Origin: Candidatus Poribacteria bacterium
GTDB lineage: Bacteria > Poribacteria > WGA-4E > PCPOR2b
NCBI GenBank assembly: GCA_965208325.1
Contig: OZ242326.1
Coordinates: 4,256,001 to 4,320,000, forward strand
DNA length: 64,000 bases
Direction of reading: 5' to 3'
A program made the translations under genes and the position numbers. This document shows, one piece after another, positions 18,507 to 29,347 of this stretch (its first letter is position 1; the number at the start of each line of letters is the position of its first letter). The notes beneath the pieces were generated by a model. That model saw nothing but the letters and a program-made list of their open reading frames with translations. It searched no databases and was not told the DNA's origin.

Positions 18507-19757
18507 CTAATTTGAAAAATTCTCGATTATCGCAGATGCGAAGGCGGACGTGCGAATTGATGTCGCGCTATCCATCAACCGCGCGAGGTCATAAGTCACG
18601 CGCTTTTGGATGATTGTCTTTTCAATTCCCTGAATGGCGAGATTTGCGGCTTCCTGCCATCCGATGTGCTCAAGCATCATCACTGCGGAGAGGATGAGCG
18701 AACTCGGATTTACGACATCTTTATCCGTATATTTGGGAGCAGTACCGTGCGTTGCTTCAAAAAGCGCTGCCTCCGCACCGATATTGCCGCCCGGTGCCAT
18801 TCCAATGCCGCCGACTTGGGCTGCACAAGCATCTGAGAGATAATCCCCATTCAGATTCGGTGTAGCGATGACATCGTACTCGTCGGTGCGCGTCAGAATC
18901 TGTTGCAGCATACTATCCGCAATTCGGTCTTTAATAACAACCTTTCCTTCGGGCGCTTGTCCGTTGTGTTGACTGTAGACTTCATCTTCTGTGATTGTTT
19001 CGTGCGGAAATTCTTCGCTGGCGACTTCATATCCCCAATCTCGGAACGCCCCTTCAGTGAATTTCATGATGTTGCCTTTGTGAACCAGGGTGACGCTGCG
19101 GCGGTTGTGTTGGATTGCGTATTGAATTGCCATTCGCACCAAACGCTTGGTACCGAAAATGCTGATGGGCTTAATCCCAATACCTGAATCGGCCCGGACT
19201 TCCGTATCCATCTGCGAACGGAGGAATTCAATGACGTTGCCCGCCTCCGAGGTTCCTTGCGCCCACTCGATTCCGGCGTAGACATCTTCCGTGTTCTCAC
19301 GAAAGATGACAACGTCCATTTTTTCGGGGTGAGTTACAGGCGCGGGCACACCTTGAAAATAGCGTACGGGCCGCACACACGCATACAAATCCAACTTTTG
19401 GCGGAGCGTCACGTTTAAGCTCCGAAAACCACCACCTACTGGTGTAGTCAGGGGACCTTTCAATGCAACGCGGAAATAGTCTATAGCTTTAAAGGTATCC
19501 GCGGGCAACCATTCCCCATATTTCTCATTGGCGATTTCGCCAGCGAAAACATCAAACCATACAAACCGCCTATCACTTCCGTAAGATGCTTCCACGGCAG
19601 CATCAATGACCCGGCGTGTGGCTTTCATGATGTCTCGCCCAATGCCGTCCCCCTCGATTACCGGAGTGATTGGATAATTTGGCACAACTAGCCTGCCATT
19701 TTCTTTTTCAATCCGCTCACCATTCGCCGGTGGTGTGAGATTATCAAATTCGATCAC
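18507..19757 (-). CDS. icd: isocitrate dehydrogenase (dimeric, probably NADP-dependent)
   Basis: [43 protein letters not shown]. Confidence 0.97.
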   Translation of the reverse strand: MIEFDNLTPPANGERIEKENGRLVVPNYPITPVIEGDGIGRDIMKATRRVIDAAVEASYGSDRRFVWFDVFAGEIANEKYGEWLPADTFKAIDYFRVALKGPLTTPVGGGFRSLNVTLRQKLDLYACVRPVRYFQGVPAPVTHPEKMDVVIFRENTEDVYAGIEWAQGTSEAGNVIEFLRSQMDTEVRADSGIGIKPISIFGTKRLVRMAIQYAIQHNRRSVTLVHKGNIMKFTEGAFRDWGYEVASEEFPHETITEDEVYSQHNGQAPEGKVVIKDRIADSMLQQILTRTDEYDVIATPNLNGDYLSDACAAQVGGIGMAPGGNIGAEAALFEATHGTAPKYTDKDVVNPSSLILSAVMMLEHIGWQEAANLAIQGIEKTIIQKRVTYDLARLMDSATSIRTSAFASAIIENFSN

Positions 19758-19843
19758 TTGTCCTCCTCATTTTACGTGTTTTTGAACGTAGAGAAATTTT
19801 GTACAAGATGATTTCAGTGTTCACTTAAGAAAAGCGGCGCTTA

Positions 19844-21421
19844 TCATTGCGGCGCGAACGCATCTCCGTGAGCCAGCCGGTTATGTATGGCGGCGACTAC
19901 ATCGGGCACCGTTGTATCTTCGCCAGGTGTAGGAATAACGCTAGGGTCGGGCGGAATGACGGGACGTATAATTCTCTGCTGCAGTTGTTCTCTGGCGTCC
20001 ATCATCCATCCGAACCCCCTAAATATGTAAGTCAAAAGCGTTCTGTCTTCTTCTTCGATTCCCATACCTTCTTGGACAGACCATCCGCCGAAATCGGTGT
20101 TTGGCGTTAGGCGGAGCGGCGGACTGTTTTCTCTCCCGGGCTTAATGACGCCTTCCACGAAAGCTATTTGATAAATTCGTTGAATCATGTTGAGTCTTTC
20201 TCTCTGGTGTGCGTTCAGTACAATCTGCCCGTTATCAATTGCATGGAAGAAGGATTCAAGGTATATTGCCGCACGTGGATCCTGTTGGATTTCGTTTGAT
20301 CTGCCAGCGGCAGCAATTTCCGGGTGTCCGAACGTTGGTAGTCCACCGCCCAGCAATCTGGTCTTGATGAATTCTTCGCGTTCGTCCGGTGGCACATGTT
20401 CTAGTTCGTTAATGAAATGGGTCATGTCGTGAATGGCGCCAAAATGCCGGGCGCCGTCCAGGGTAATATGGGCTGCAGTCAAAAAATCGGATACGTGTTC
20501 TGTATGCAGTGTTGCAGCGTACCGTGCTACCATGTTAGATCCGGCAGAGCCGTGGTGCGTTTGAATCAACCCCATCTTCTCCAAGATTGTACTTTCAGTG
20601 TCGTTAGCGTGATGACCGATGAGCAGGCTATAAGCCACCTGGAAAGCGGATTTACCTGAATTTTCCTCCTGTGAAATAAAGTCGTCCACCTGTTGCGCGA
20701 GTGCTTGCGCCGCTAGCCCCGTGTTCTGCCTCAGGAGACGGCGCATGTAGACGGACATTGCCCCTATCGCAACATTTTCCATATGTGTGCTTATCATCTC
20801 GACTAGCAACGTGCTGGGATGCCGGTCATCGTCCACCCCGCGATCTGGCAATCGGTTTTTGGTGATATGTGCTTTTCTAAGCGTCGAAAAATATTGAATC
20901 ACTACCTCGGGACCTGAAGTTGAAAATGTTTTCACAAATTCTGCGAGCTGATTGATTAACGGGCTCTGCCCCGATACACTATCTCGGGTCACCCTTCTCG
21001 ATCTGTAGAACTTCCGATCGATGAGTGTTTGAAGCATGGCTTCTTCGTCCAAACCGTCCTCAATTATTTCGGGTTTTCGACCGAATAAGCCAACGAAAAT
21101 CAGGTGGGCAGGGCTAATACTACCGGCGACAATTTCTCCTTCCTGTAGGACGCCGCGAATTCCGAAACTTCGGATATTCAATATCATTTCCGCCCCATCG
21201 CAAGCAACGGGTGTTTGATACAAGACTGGATTCGCGAACACCATGGTTGATTGCGGCATTGAGTTAAAATTCCTTAGACTTCCGCCGATACCCTTTTCGC
21301 CCAATTTCGCGGCTTTTTGAATCGCATCCGTCACAGGGCCGTACGCAGAGGACTTAGGGTTCTCTGTAAGTGTCCTCCGTATTGATGCTGCGGTTTCCGT
21401 CCATATTCTCTTTTCTTCCAT
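19844..21421 (-). CDS. divergent citrate synthase-family protein
   Basis: GARHFGA, TFGH, DPR, PNTDF and RGFGW...EQ...IIRP correspond to citrate synthase motifs; upstream of icd-mdh. Confidence 0.75.
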   Translation of the reverse strand: MEEKRIWTETAASIRRTLTENPKSSAYGPVTDAIQKAAKLGEKGIGGSLRNFNSMPQSTMVFANPVLYQTPVACDGAEMILNIRSFGIRGVLQEGEIVAGSISPAHLIFVGLFGRKPEIIEDGLDEEAMLQTLIDRKFYRSRRVTRDSVSGQSPLINQLAEFVKTFSTSGPEVVIQYFSTLRKAHITKNRLPDRGVDDDRHPSTLLVEMISTHMENVAIGAMSVYMRRLLRQNTGLAAQALAQQVDDFISQEENSGKSAFQVAYSLLIGHHANDTESTILEKMGLIQTHHGSAGSNMVARYAATLHTEHVSDFLTAAHITLDGARHFGAIHDMTHFINELEHVPPDEREEFIKTRLLGGGLPTFGHPEIAAAGRSNEIQQDPRAAIYLESFFHAIDNGQIVLNAHQRERLNMIQRIYQIAFVEGVIKPGRENSPPLRLTPNTDFGGWSVQEGMGIEEEDRTLLTYIFRGFGWMMDAREQLQQRIIRPVIPPDPSVIPTPGEDTTVPDVVAAIHNRLAHGDAFAPQ

Positions 21422-21908
21422 ATATCATCTCCTTAAAGCCTCATTGATTTTGAGTGCGTGTGTATTCTCGCCAATCTCCGATGCTGCGAAACCCTCGCCT
21501 GATACATTTCGTAGAAAAATATCCGTTCATTTGAAGAATCGTGCGTTTTTAATAACGCTATGTTGTGTTATCCAAAATTCCATACCTGCCATGATACCTT
21601 TCGGTGTTTAGCCGAGGATTCACTGCAAAAAGGATTCGTATTTTGGGAAAGGAAAAAGGCGAAAGGGGATGGTGAATAAGGAAAACAACCGGAGGTCCTC
21701 CACTTTCCCCTGCCCAATGGCGCAATACGGGGCGAGTGCCTATCGAAGGGAATCATACAAAACATTGCAATTTGGAGTGTGAAACATTAAAAACATAGGG
21801 AAGAGAGGGCCGGCGAAATCAGATTGACCGCAATATCGGAACGCCAATCCTTTATCTCAATGTTAACCCCAAAACCTGAGCGATTCCAGCGTCTTTAAAA
21901 TCAATTGT

Positions 21909-21937
21909 ATTTTAGCAAAGGCAACTTTGAAAGTCAA
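21909..21937 (-). promoter_or_regulatory. sigma70-type promoter upstream of the citrate synthase-like/icd/mdh block
   Basis: TTGACT-17 nt-TAAAAT with extended TG. Confidence 0.55.
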
Positions 21938-22186
21938 GGTAAAACAGGGAGAAAAGGGATATCATCATTTATCCAACTCAGGGGGATTGGCGGCTTCTTC
22001 CGGCGTGAATTTGACTGTGCGGTTTTTCAATGGTTTCGACAGGATAGGAATGGACATCATTTAGGGCGGATTTTGCTGTTCCTGCCTATTAGGCGAGCGT
22101 TGATTTGATAGGATACGTTGAATTCTAAACACATGGTATTAACACGCAAGCAATTGCCGATTGATGTGCTTTGTGTTGGTTTCATG

Positions 22187-22220
22187 AAAAAAGCCGGCAA
22201 CATCAATTGATTACCGGCTT
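22187..22220 (-). terminator. intrinsic terminator after gltB
   Basis: AAGCCGGTAA...TTGCCGGCTTTTTT on the minus strand. Confidence 0.75.
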
Positions 22221-22262
22221 CAGCAAGTCGTCATGGGGCGGCGGCCACAACATTTCTGGCGG

Positions 22263-25200
22263 CTACAAGGGAGAAACCTTCCGGAAAATCGGCAAGTAAT
22301 GATCCCAGTTAGATAAGATTTCTTTAGCCCGGGCACTGCCGGTAAGTTCCGCGTGATGCTCAATTTCGGCCAATATCAGTGTGATATCTTTGTTGTCATT
22401 CACTGGTTCTAATTTTACGGATTGTGAATTATAATTTTTGGAGAGGTGCTGCTCTTCGTCAAGGACATAAGCAGTTCCGCCTGTCATTCCTGCTCCAAGG
22501 TTGCGGCCGGTCTCGCCGAGGATGACAACCATTCCCCCGGTCATGTATTCGCAGGCGTGGTCGCCGACGCCCTCTACTACGGCGTTACCGCCGCTGTTAC
22601 GGACGCAGAACCGTTCTCCCGCCCGACCGGCGGCATAGAGTGAGCCGCTTGTGGCGCCATACATTACGGTGTTACCGATTATGACATTCTCATGGGAACG
22701 GAATTGGGCGTTTGCCGGCGGCTTAATGATTAGCTCCGCACCGGCCATACCTTTGCCGACATAGTCGTTGGCTTCACCAATTAGGATGAGGCGCATACCT
22801 TTGATGCAAAATGCGCCAAAACTCTGACCTGCACTGCCTCGGAAATGGCACTCAATAGTCCCGTCAGGCAGGCCTTGATCGCCATATCGGAATGCAATTT
22901 CACCTGCTACAGTTGCCCCGACTGTTCGGTGAATGTTGCGAATCTCATAAGAGAGGTTAATGGGATTTTCCCCTGTCAAAGCGTCTTTGGCGTCCTGTAA
23001 AATTATATCGTCGAGATGTGAATCTTCTAGCCGATTATTGCGTTCCCGCATGCGGCGGCGCGGCCGGTTTCCGGTCGGATCGCATTGTGCTAGAATAGGG
23101 CTTAGGTTGAGGGACGCTGCTTTCGGATGTTCGGACAAGTCTTCTTGCTCTAGGAGCTCCGGACACCCTGTCACATCGTTTAAGCTGCGGAAGCCGAGTT
23201 GGGAAAGGATTTCCCGCACTTCTTGGGCGACGCCTACCATAAAGTTAATCACCATCTCGGGTGTGCCGCGAAATTTTGCCCGGAGCGCAGGGTCTTGTGT
23301 AGCGACGCCTACTGGGCACGTGTTAAGGTGGCATTGACGCGCGACAATACACCCGGTTGCGACCATGGCTGTTGTGCCGAATCCGAATTCTTCAGCGCCG
23401 AGCATTGCCGCAACGACTACATCGCGTCCGGTACGGAAACCGCCGTCTACCCGGACTACGACCCGTCCCCTAAGGTCGTTGCGCACGAGTGTTTCTTGAG
23501 TTTCTGCGAGTCCAAGTTCCCATGGGACACCCGCGTTCTTAATTGAACTGAGCGGCGAAGCGCCCGTTCCCCCTTCGTGGCCGCTAATCTGTATGACATC
23601 AGCGTATCCTTTGGCGACCCCGGCGGCAATTGTCCCCACACCGGCCTCCGACACTAGCTTTACGGCTATTTTGGCGCGCGGATTGGCGTGCTTGAGGTCG
23701 TAAATGAGTTGTGCGAGATCTTCTATCGAGTAGATGTCGTGATGCGGCGGCGGAGAAATCAGGGGTATCCCCGGCGTAGAATGCCGAATGGCAGCGATTT
23801 CTGTCGTGACTTTGTGTCCAGGAATCTGACCGCCTTCACCGGGTTTGGACCCCTGTGCCATCTTAATCTCTAATTCTTTAGCTGAAGTCAGATATTCGGG
23901 CGTGACTCCAAACCGTCCTGAAGCCACCTGCTTGATTGCGCTGGAAGCTAAATCTCCGTTTGAACGGCGATGGTACCTCGCCGGATCTTCCCCTCCCTCG
24001 CCGCTGCCTGACTTTGCGCCGATTCTGTTCATGCCGATGGCAATAGTCTCATGCGCTTCTCGGCTTAGGGCGCCGAAGGACATACTTCCAGTTGAAAAAC
24101 GCTGAATAATCAATTCGATAGGCTCAACCTCTTCAATGGGAATGGGTTTCCCTGCCTTGAAAGATAGTAGTTCACGAAGACTTGATTGCTCACCCTTCTC
24201 TACAGCTTCAGCGTATGTTTTGTAGTCTTCGTAGTCGCCGCTCTTGGCTAGCCGATGGAGCGACTTAAAGACCGAAGGGTTAAATGCATGAAATTCTCCC
24301 GTTCTGCGGAAGCGAAAGTCGCCGGATTCTTCAAGCGCGTCTTTGCTATCCAGACCGAAAGCTTTCGTGTGGAAATGGAGTACTTCCATGGCGATGTCTG
24401 TGAAGCCGATGCCGCCCAATGGCGATGCAGTGCCAGTGAAACAGGTGTCGATGACGGTATTGTTTAGGCCGATTGCTTGAAAGATTTGTGCACCGCGGTA
24501 GCTCGACACCGTCGAGATTCCCATCTTCGACATAATCTTGAGGATGCCTTTCTCGACCGTTTGGCGGTAATTGACCAGTGCGTTCTCCGACGGGATGCCT
24601 TCAATTTCACCCGTGTTCACAAGATGAGCAATTGTTTCGAAAGCCACGTAGGGAAATATTGCGTTCGCGCCGTAACCTAGCAAAAGGGCGTAGTGATGTT
24701 CCTCTCGCGGTTCTCCGGTTTCCACGACCACACTGACCTGCATCCGCTTGCCTTCGCGAATAAGGTGATGATGGACTGCTCCGACCGCCAGGAGCATAGG
24801 AATAGGTGCATGTTCGGCGTTCACGTCGCGGTCGCTCAATATCAGGATCGTGATCCCGGTATCAACGGCAGCCGCGGCTGATTGACACAACTCCGTAAGT
24901 GTCTTCTCCAGCCCTTCCTTTCCGTTCGCGACTGGGAAGAGCGTGGAAAGTGTCGCGGCTTGGAAGTCGGACGCGTCAAAGTCTTTTAGCCACTGCAACT
25001 GCTCACGCGTCAGGATAGGGGAGGACAATTGAATTAACCGGGCGTGCGCTTCAGTCTCCTCAAGTAAACTCCGCCGCCGCCCTAGATAGGTTGAGAGCGA
25101 CATGACGAGCCGCTCGCGGAGGGAATCAATCGGCGGGTTCGTGACTTGAGCAAACAGCTGTTTGAAATAGCTGTAAAGCAGGCGAGACTTTCGAGAAATT

Positions 25201-26708
25201 ACTGCAGGCGGTGTGTCATCTCCTAGGGAGCCGACCGCTTCCTTAACTTCGATAACCATCGGTATCAAAAAGCGCTTCACATCTTCAATGGCATATCCGA
25301 ATGCCTTTTGTTGGCGAAGGAGCGTTTCGGGCTCTTCAGCGGCTGTCTCACGATCATGGTTCTCAATAGACTCTGGCTTTATCAGATTACGAGATACCCA
25401 TTCCGCGTACGGTTTTTTCCGGGCGACCGCCATTTTAATCTCCGCATCCTTCAGAAGCCTGCCCTGTGCCGTATCTACGGCAATCATCTGTCCGGGACCG
25501 AGACGCCCTTTTTCTATCACGCGGCTATCATCAAGCTCTATTAGCCCGACTTCCGACCCCATTATAACGATGCCGTCTTCGGTCACTTTGTACCGCGCCG
25601 GGCGCAACCCGTTGCGATCTAAAGCGGCGCCGACTATCACTCCGTTACTGAACGCTACGGACGCGGGGCCGTCCCACGGTTCGCTGAGGCAAGATAGGTA
25701 TTCGTAACAGCCGCGCAGCGTTTCATCTATTCCGGGCATGTTCTCGTAAGAGTCCGGAATAAGACACATCATGGCATGAAGGGGATTTCGTCCGGAGAGT
25801 GCCAAGAGTTCTAAGGCATTGTCAAGGCTCATGGAATCACTGCCGTCGGGATCGATAATTGGTTTGAGCTTTTCCAATAGATTGCCCCAAATCGGGGAGC
25901 GAAGTTCCGATTCTCGAGCACGCATCCAATTTCGATTTCCTAGCAGCGTGTTAATCTCCCCATTGTGGCCAAGCATGCGGAAAGGCTGTGCTAGAAACCA
26001 GTCAGGGAAAGTGTTGGTGCTGTAACGTTGGTGAAAAAGCGCCAGCGCTGTTTCATATTCGGGGTCGCGCAAATCGTGGTAAAACCGATCGAGTTGAGGC
26101 GCAACAAACAACCCCTTGTAGACAATGGTGCGGTGCGAGAACGACGGGATATAAAAATCTTGAATCCCCTTGTTCGCTACATGATGTTCGATTTCTTTGC
26201 GTACCAGATACAGGCGTTGTTCGAACATCTCATCCGTGAAGCTACTGGGGCGGCCGACCAAGATTTGTTGAATCTCTGGCATGGTTGTTAAGGCTTTTTC
26301 GCCGAGTATTGATGCGTCTATCGGCACAGGACGCCAACCCAATAGGGGAAATTCATAGTAGGACAACAATTCCTCAATCACGGTACGGCAACGTTCTTGA
26401 GCGGCAGGGTCATGGCGTGGCAAGAAAATCATACCGACGGCCAAGTCGCTGCTAGATGAAAGATGTACGCCGAGTTTTTCTGCTTCTCTCCAGAAAAGTT
26501 TTTCCGGTATTTGCGTCAGGACTCCGGCACCATCGCCAGTCTTGGCATCAGCGTCAACCGCGCCGCGGTGGGTAAGATTTATGACTGATTGAATCGCTAG
26601 TTTGAGGATTTCGCGGCTGCGGTTGCCTGAGATTTCAGCGACAAATCCAACGCCGCAGGAATCGTGCTCAAACCGCGGATGGTACAACCCATTATAAGTA
26701 TCTCTCAT
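22263..26708 (-). CDS. gltB: glutamate synthase large subunit
   Basis: Ntn CGVGF, HQRYSTNT, FMN domain KMAQGSKPGEGGQ, 3Fe-4S CIVARQCHLNTCP, GXGXG domain. Confidence 0.98.
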   Translation of the reverse strand: MRDTYNGLYHPRFEHDSCGVGFVAEISGNRSREILKLAIQSVINLTHRGAVDADAKTGDGAGVLTQIPEKLFWREAEKLGVHLSSSSDLAVGMIFLPRHDPAAQERCRTVIEELLSYYEFPLLGWRPVPIDASILGEKALTTMPEIQQILVGRPSSFTDEMFEQRLYLVRKEIEHHVANKGIQDFYIPSFSHRTIVYKGLFVAPQLDRFYHDLRDPEYETALALFHQRYSTNTFPDWFLAQPFRMLGHNGEINTLLGNRNWMRARESELRSPIWGNLLEKLKPIIDPDGSDSMSLDNALELLALSGRNPLHAMMCLIPDSYENMPGIDETLRGCYEYLSCLSEPWDGPASVAFSNGVIVGAALDRNGLRPARYKVTEDGIVIMGSEVGLIELDDSRVIEKGRLGPGQMIAVDTAQGRLLKDAEIKMAVARKKPYAEWVSRNLIKPESIENHDRETAAEEPETLLRQQKAFGYAIEDVKRFLIPMVIEVKEAVGSLGDDTPPAVISRKSRLLYSYFKQLFAQVTNPPIDSLRERLVMSLSTYLGRRRSLLEETEAHARLIQLSSPILTREQLQWLKDFDASDFQAATLSTLFPVANGKEGLEKTLTELCQSAAAAVDTGITILILSDRDVNAEHAPIPMLLAVGAVHHHLIREGKRMQVSVVVETGEPREEHHYALLLGYGANAIFPYVAFETIAHLVNTGEIEGIPSENALVNYRQTVEKGILKIMSKMGISTVSSYRGAQIFQAIGLNNTVIDTCFTGTASPLGGIGFTDIAMEVLHFHTKAFGLDSKDALEESGDFRFRRTGEFHAFNPSVFKSLHRLAKSGDYEDYKTYAEAVEKGEQSSLRELLSFKAGKPIPIEEVEPIELIIQRFSTGSMSFGALSREAHETIAIGMNRIGAKSGSGEGGEDPARYHRRSNGDLASSAIKQVASGRFGVTPEYLTSAKELEIKMAQGSKPGEGGQIPGHKVTTEIAAIRHSTPGIPLISPPPHHDIYSIEDLAQLIYDLKHANPRAKIAVKLVSEAGVGTIAAGVAKGYADVIQISGHEGGTGASPLSSIKNAGVPWELGLAETQETLVRNDLRGRVVVRVDGGFRTGRDVVVAAMLGAEEFGFGTTAMVATGCIVARQCHLNTCPVGVATQDPALRAKFRGTPEMVINFMVGVAQEVREILSQLGFRSLNDVTGCPELLEQEDLSEHPKAASLNLSPILAQCDPTGNRPRRRMRERNNRLEDSHLDDIILQDAKDALTGENPINLSYEIRNIHRTVGATVAGEIAFRYGDQGLPDGTIECHFRGSAGQSFGAFCIKGMRLILIGEANDYVGKGMAGAELIIKPPANAQFRSHENVIIGNTVMYGATSGSLYAAGRAGERFCVRNSGGNAVVEGVGDHACEYMTGGMVVILGETGRNLGAGMTGGTAYVLDEEQHLSKNYNSQSVKLEPVNDNKDITLILAEIEHHAELTGSARAKEILSNWDHYLPIFRKVSPL

Positions 26709-26944
26709 CCAACACCGCCTATTTTACCGGATCCAGTTTCATGTTGGAACGTTCTCGCTGCTAGTGATTCGAAAGCTGCCCAATGTTTTATCTGTAGCAT
26801 GTGTATTAATTGATGGCTCTTAATCTGTTAAGTAGATGAAGGTTTTGTGAGGCAATTGCTATTATCCCTTCTGCTTAATGCCGAGTATAAATTACCAATG
26901 TCCGATTATGCTGAAAAAGGGTATCTAAAATTAACTGTTTTTTC

Positions 26945-27039
26945 GCATGCCATTCTGAGCCGCAAGGAAGAACCGTGGAAATCAAAGATTCTTCGCAAAT
27001 TTAATCCCAATCCTTGAGTTGAGGCTCAGGATGGCATGC
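26945..27039. repeat. palindromic element GCATGCCATTCTGAGCC...GGCTCAGGATGGCATGC
   Basis: 17-bp arms with one mismatch; internal GAAGAA/TTCTTC and CAAGG/CCTTG pairings. Confidence 0.65.
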
Positions 27040-27271
27040 CTATACGCATGCCGATTAAACCCAGAATTGGACTTCGGCACCGTTAATTTAATCTTGAGCT
27101 AAGGGAACCGCATGTCTCACAATCCCCTGGGGGAAGTGTTTCCTGCGGTGCATGAAGGCTAGGGCGAAAGGGGAGTCCATCTCGCAGGAAGGGAAGACCA
27201 TCTTTCGGGGATACTGCAAACTAATCACTGATTCTTGTTTTCGTGGAATTATCGCATACATACAATTTAAA

Positions 27272-27300
27272 ATGATACATCAGATCGAAACTGTTGTCAA
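27272..27300 (-). promoter_or_regulatory. sigma70-type promoter upstream of gltB
   Basis: TTGACA-17 nt-TATCAT on the minus strand. Confidence 0.55.
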
Positions 27301-27569
27301 GAAAATTCAGTTACGGCAGATTTTGGATCCAGCGTATTAAACACGGCGGCCATTCCGGCGGTTTGGCATTTTTGCCATTCCACCGGATACCTCAAACCCG
27401 CTCCATGGGGTTTCTCGCTGCTGCCGTTCGGCGATTCGTGTTAACATTTATAATTATCAAATGGGCATCATGTTACTGCACGAAATCGGTGCGGTTGTGC
27501 CACTATATCACAATTTGATGGCGAGATCAACGAAAAATGCTAGGGCGTGATTGCTAATTCCTTTTTGGT

Positions 27570-27599
27570 TTGACAGGAAGCGTGGTTAGGTGATAAGAT
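27570..27599 (+). promoter_or_regulatory. possible promoter for the crystallin-flotillin locus
   Basis: TTGACA-18 nt-TAAGAT with TG extension. Confidence 0.45.
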
Positions 27600-27806
27600 A
27601 ATACTTTATATCTGAAATTGGTTTTTTCAATTTTAATGTGAAATCGTACGGAACGCCTGTTAGCTGCTGCAACTGCCGCAGTGCTGGGGGATGAACATTA
27701 GCGTGTAACGCACGGTTGATATGTCCGAGGCGAAGAATTTCATTCATTAGCAATCATCTGATTCGCAACACGAAACATTGAGCACAAGCGATTTGGAGGA
27801 TACGAA

Positions 27807-29222
27807 ATGGCACTCACGCCCCGATTAGTTGTTGAAGTTTTTGAGCATGTAAACTATCAGGGACGCAAAGCCACAATTATTGATTCCGTATCAAATACGG
27901 AAGACGTTGGTGTCCAAGATGTCATTTCCTCGATCCGAATCTATAAGGGGCCGGGTTTCAATGCTTCCCCCAATTACAAAGCGATTTTCCATGAGACCGC
28001 CAATTACCAAGGGCGAAGATTGGTTCTTGGACCGGGATTCTATCCAAACATCCACGATATTCCATACAACTTTGGCGATATAATTTCTTCCATTAGTTTT
28101 AGTCCTGCTGCCAACCCGACCCCGCCGGATTATGGTGCGATTCCTGTCATTATTGAGGCGTTTCAAGATCTCGACTTTCATGGTCAAACGAGCATAATTA
28201 TGCGGGATGTCAGCAATCTGCGAGATATTGGAATGGACGACGCAATCTCGTCCTTGCGCATTCAACGCGGCCCTAACTTTCCTTTCAGCGGTTGTCATGT
28301 GGTTTTTTACGACCAGCCGAATTTTGAAGGGCGGCGGATGAACATACAGTTAACCTCACGCGAGTTCAGGGTGAGTCTTCGGAATCTCCACGAGGTGCCT
28401 CAATCATTTTCGGACATTATCTCCTCTGTGAAAATAGTGCCGCTCGGCGCCTTTCGCGTCCTGGTTGTGGTTGGCTACCGCACTACCCCGGAACCGTCCA
28501 TATTGGAATCTCTTACGAAAATTGAGGGACACGAATTTCAGTTTAAAACAATCAATATTAATCCTAACCCGGACAACTTTGGAGATTCGAAAACCGCCGT
28601 AAAACTTTCTAGCGAAGTCCTCTCGGAATACGACATTATCTGGTTTACATGGTTTGCGGCGGCGCACGACCAAGAATACTTTGTTGAGGACGCCGACGAG
28701 GCGATTAAAGATTTTGTAAGAAGGGGTGGGATTGTCTGGGCTTCATCCATGGATAACAACATTATTCCCCCTGATGGCGTGTACACGCACGAACCGATGT
28801 GGCGCGGCGACTGGCTGCCTGTGGATCGGCATCCGATTCGTATCGTCAACTCGGACGATGTGAATATCAACATTACACCCGAAGGGCAGAAAACAGGGTT
28901 GTTCACGTGGCCCCACCAGGTTGATGTGAATGCGTTGGTGACCGATGATCACTGGGTTACAGACGATCCCGCGTACACGCGATTGGGAGTGCGCAGCGAC
29001 AATAACGAAATTGTGAGTTTTCAATTGCGGTGGGGCGATGGGTATTATGTCACTTTTGCGATAGATACGCGCGATGCACGTAGAGCGTCCCTCGCCAAAA
29101 CCTTGATTGAAAACGCCCTTTGTTATCTGGCGAGCCTCGCGTGGCAAACCTCACCTCGACAACCGCTCAAAGGGCGGCACCGAGCCCCTTCGAGTACTGA
29201 TTGGCACGGACAAATTATTTAA
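27807..29222 (+). CDS. tandem beta/gamma-crystallin domains fused to a class I GATase/ThuA-like alpha/beta domain
   Basis: Four Greek-key motifs (FEHVNYQG..DVISS, HETANYQG..DIISS, FQDLDFHG..DDAISS, YDQPNFEG..DIISS), then LSEYDIIWF...IKDFVRRGGIVWAS. Confidence 0.85.
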   Translation: MALTPRLVVEVFEHVNYQGRKATIIDSVSNTEDVGVQDVISSIRIYKGPGFNASPNYKAIFHETANYQGRRLVLGPGFYPNIHDIPYNFGDIISSISFSPAANPTPPDYGAIPVIIEAFQDLDFHGQTSIIMRDVSNLRDIGMDDAISSLRIQRGPNFPFSGCHVVFYDQPNFEGRRMNIQLTSREFRVSLRNLHEVPQSFSDIISSVKIVPLGAFRVLVVVGYRTTPEPSILESLTKIEGHEFQFKTININPNPDNFGDSKTAVKLSSEVLSEYDIIWFTWFAAAHDQEYFVEDADEAIKDFVRRGGIVWASSMDNNIIPPDGVYTHEPMWRGDWLPVDRHPIRIVNSDDVNINITPEGQKTGLFTWPHQVDVNALVTDDHWVTDDPAYTRLGVRSDNNEIVSFQLRWGDGYYVTFAIDTRDARRASLAKTLIENALCYLASLAWQTSPRQPLKGRHRAPSSTDWHGQII

Positions 29223-29347
29223 TCATAATCTTAAATTGTGACACCAATTGGAAGGAACATCCGTCCAATTTTGCCGTTTTCCCGAAACCTGGTTTTTTGA
29301 GTTTTAAGTTCACACCTTTGAACCCTCCACGTTAATAGGAGAAGTCA

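Noticed and set aside
26709..27270. Known glutamine (glnA-type) or other catalogued riboswitch upstream of gltB
   Set aside because: I could not identify the consensus motifs by eye; kept only as an unassigned structured leader.
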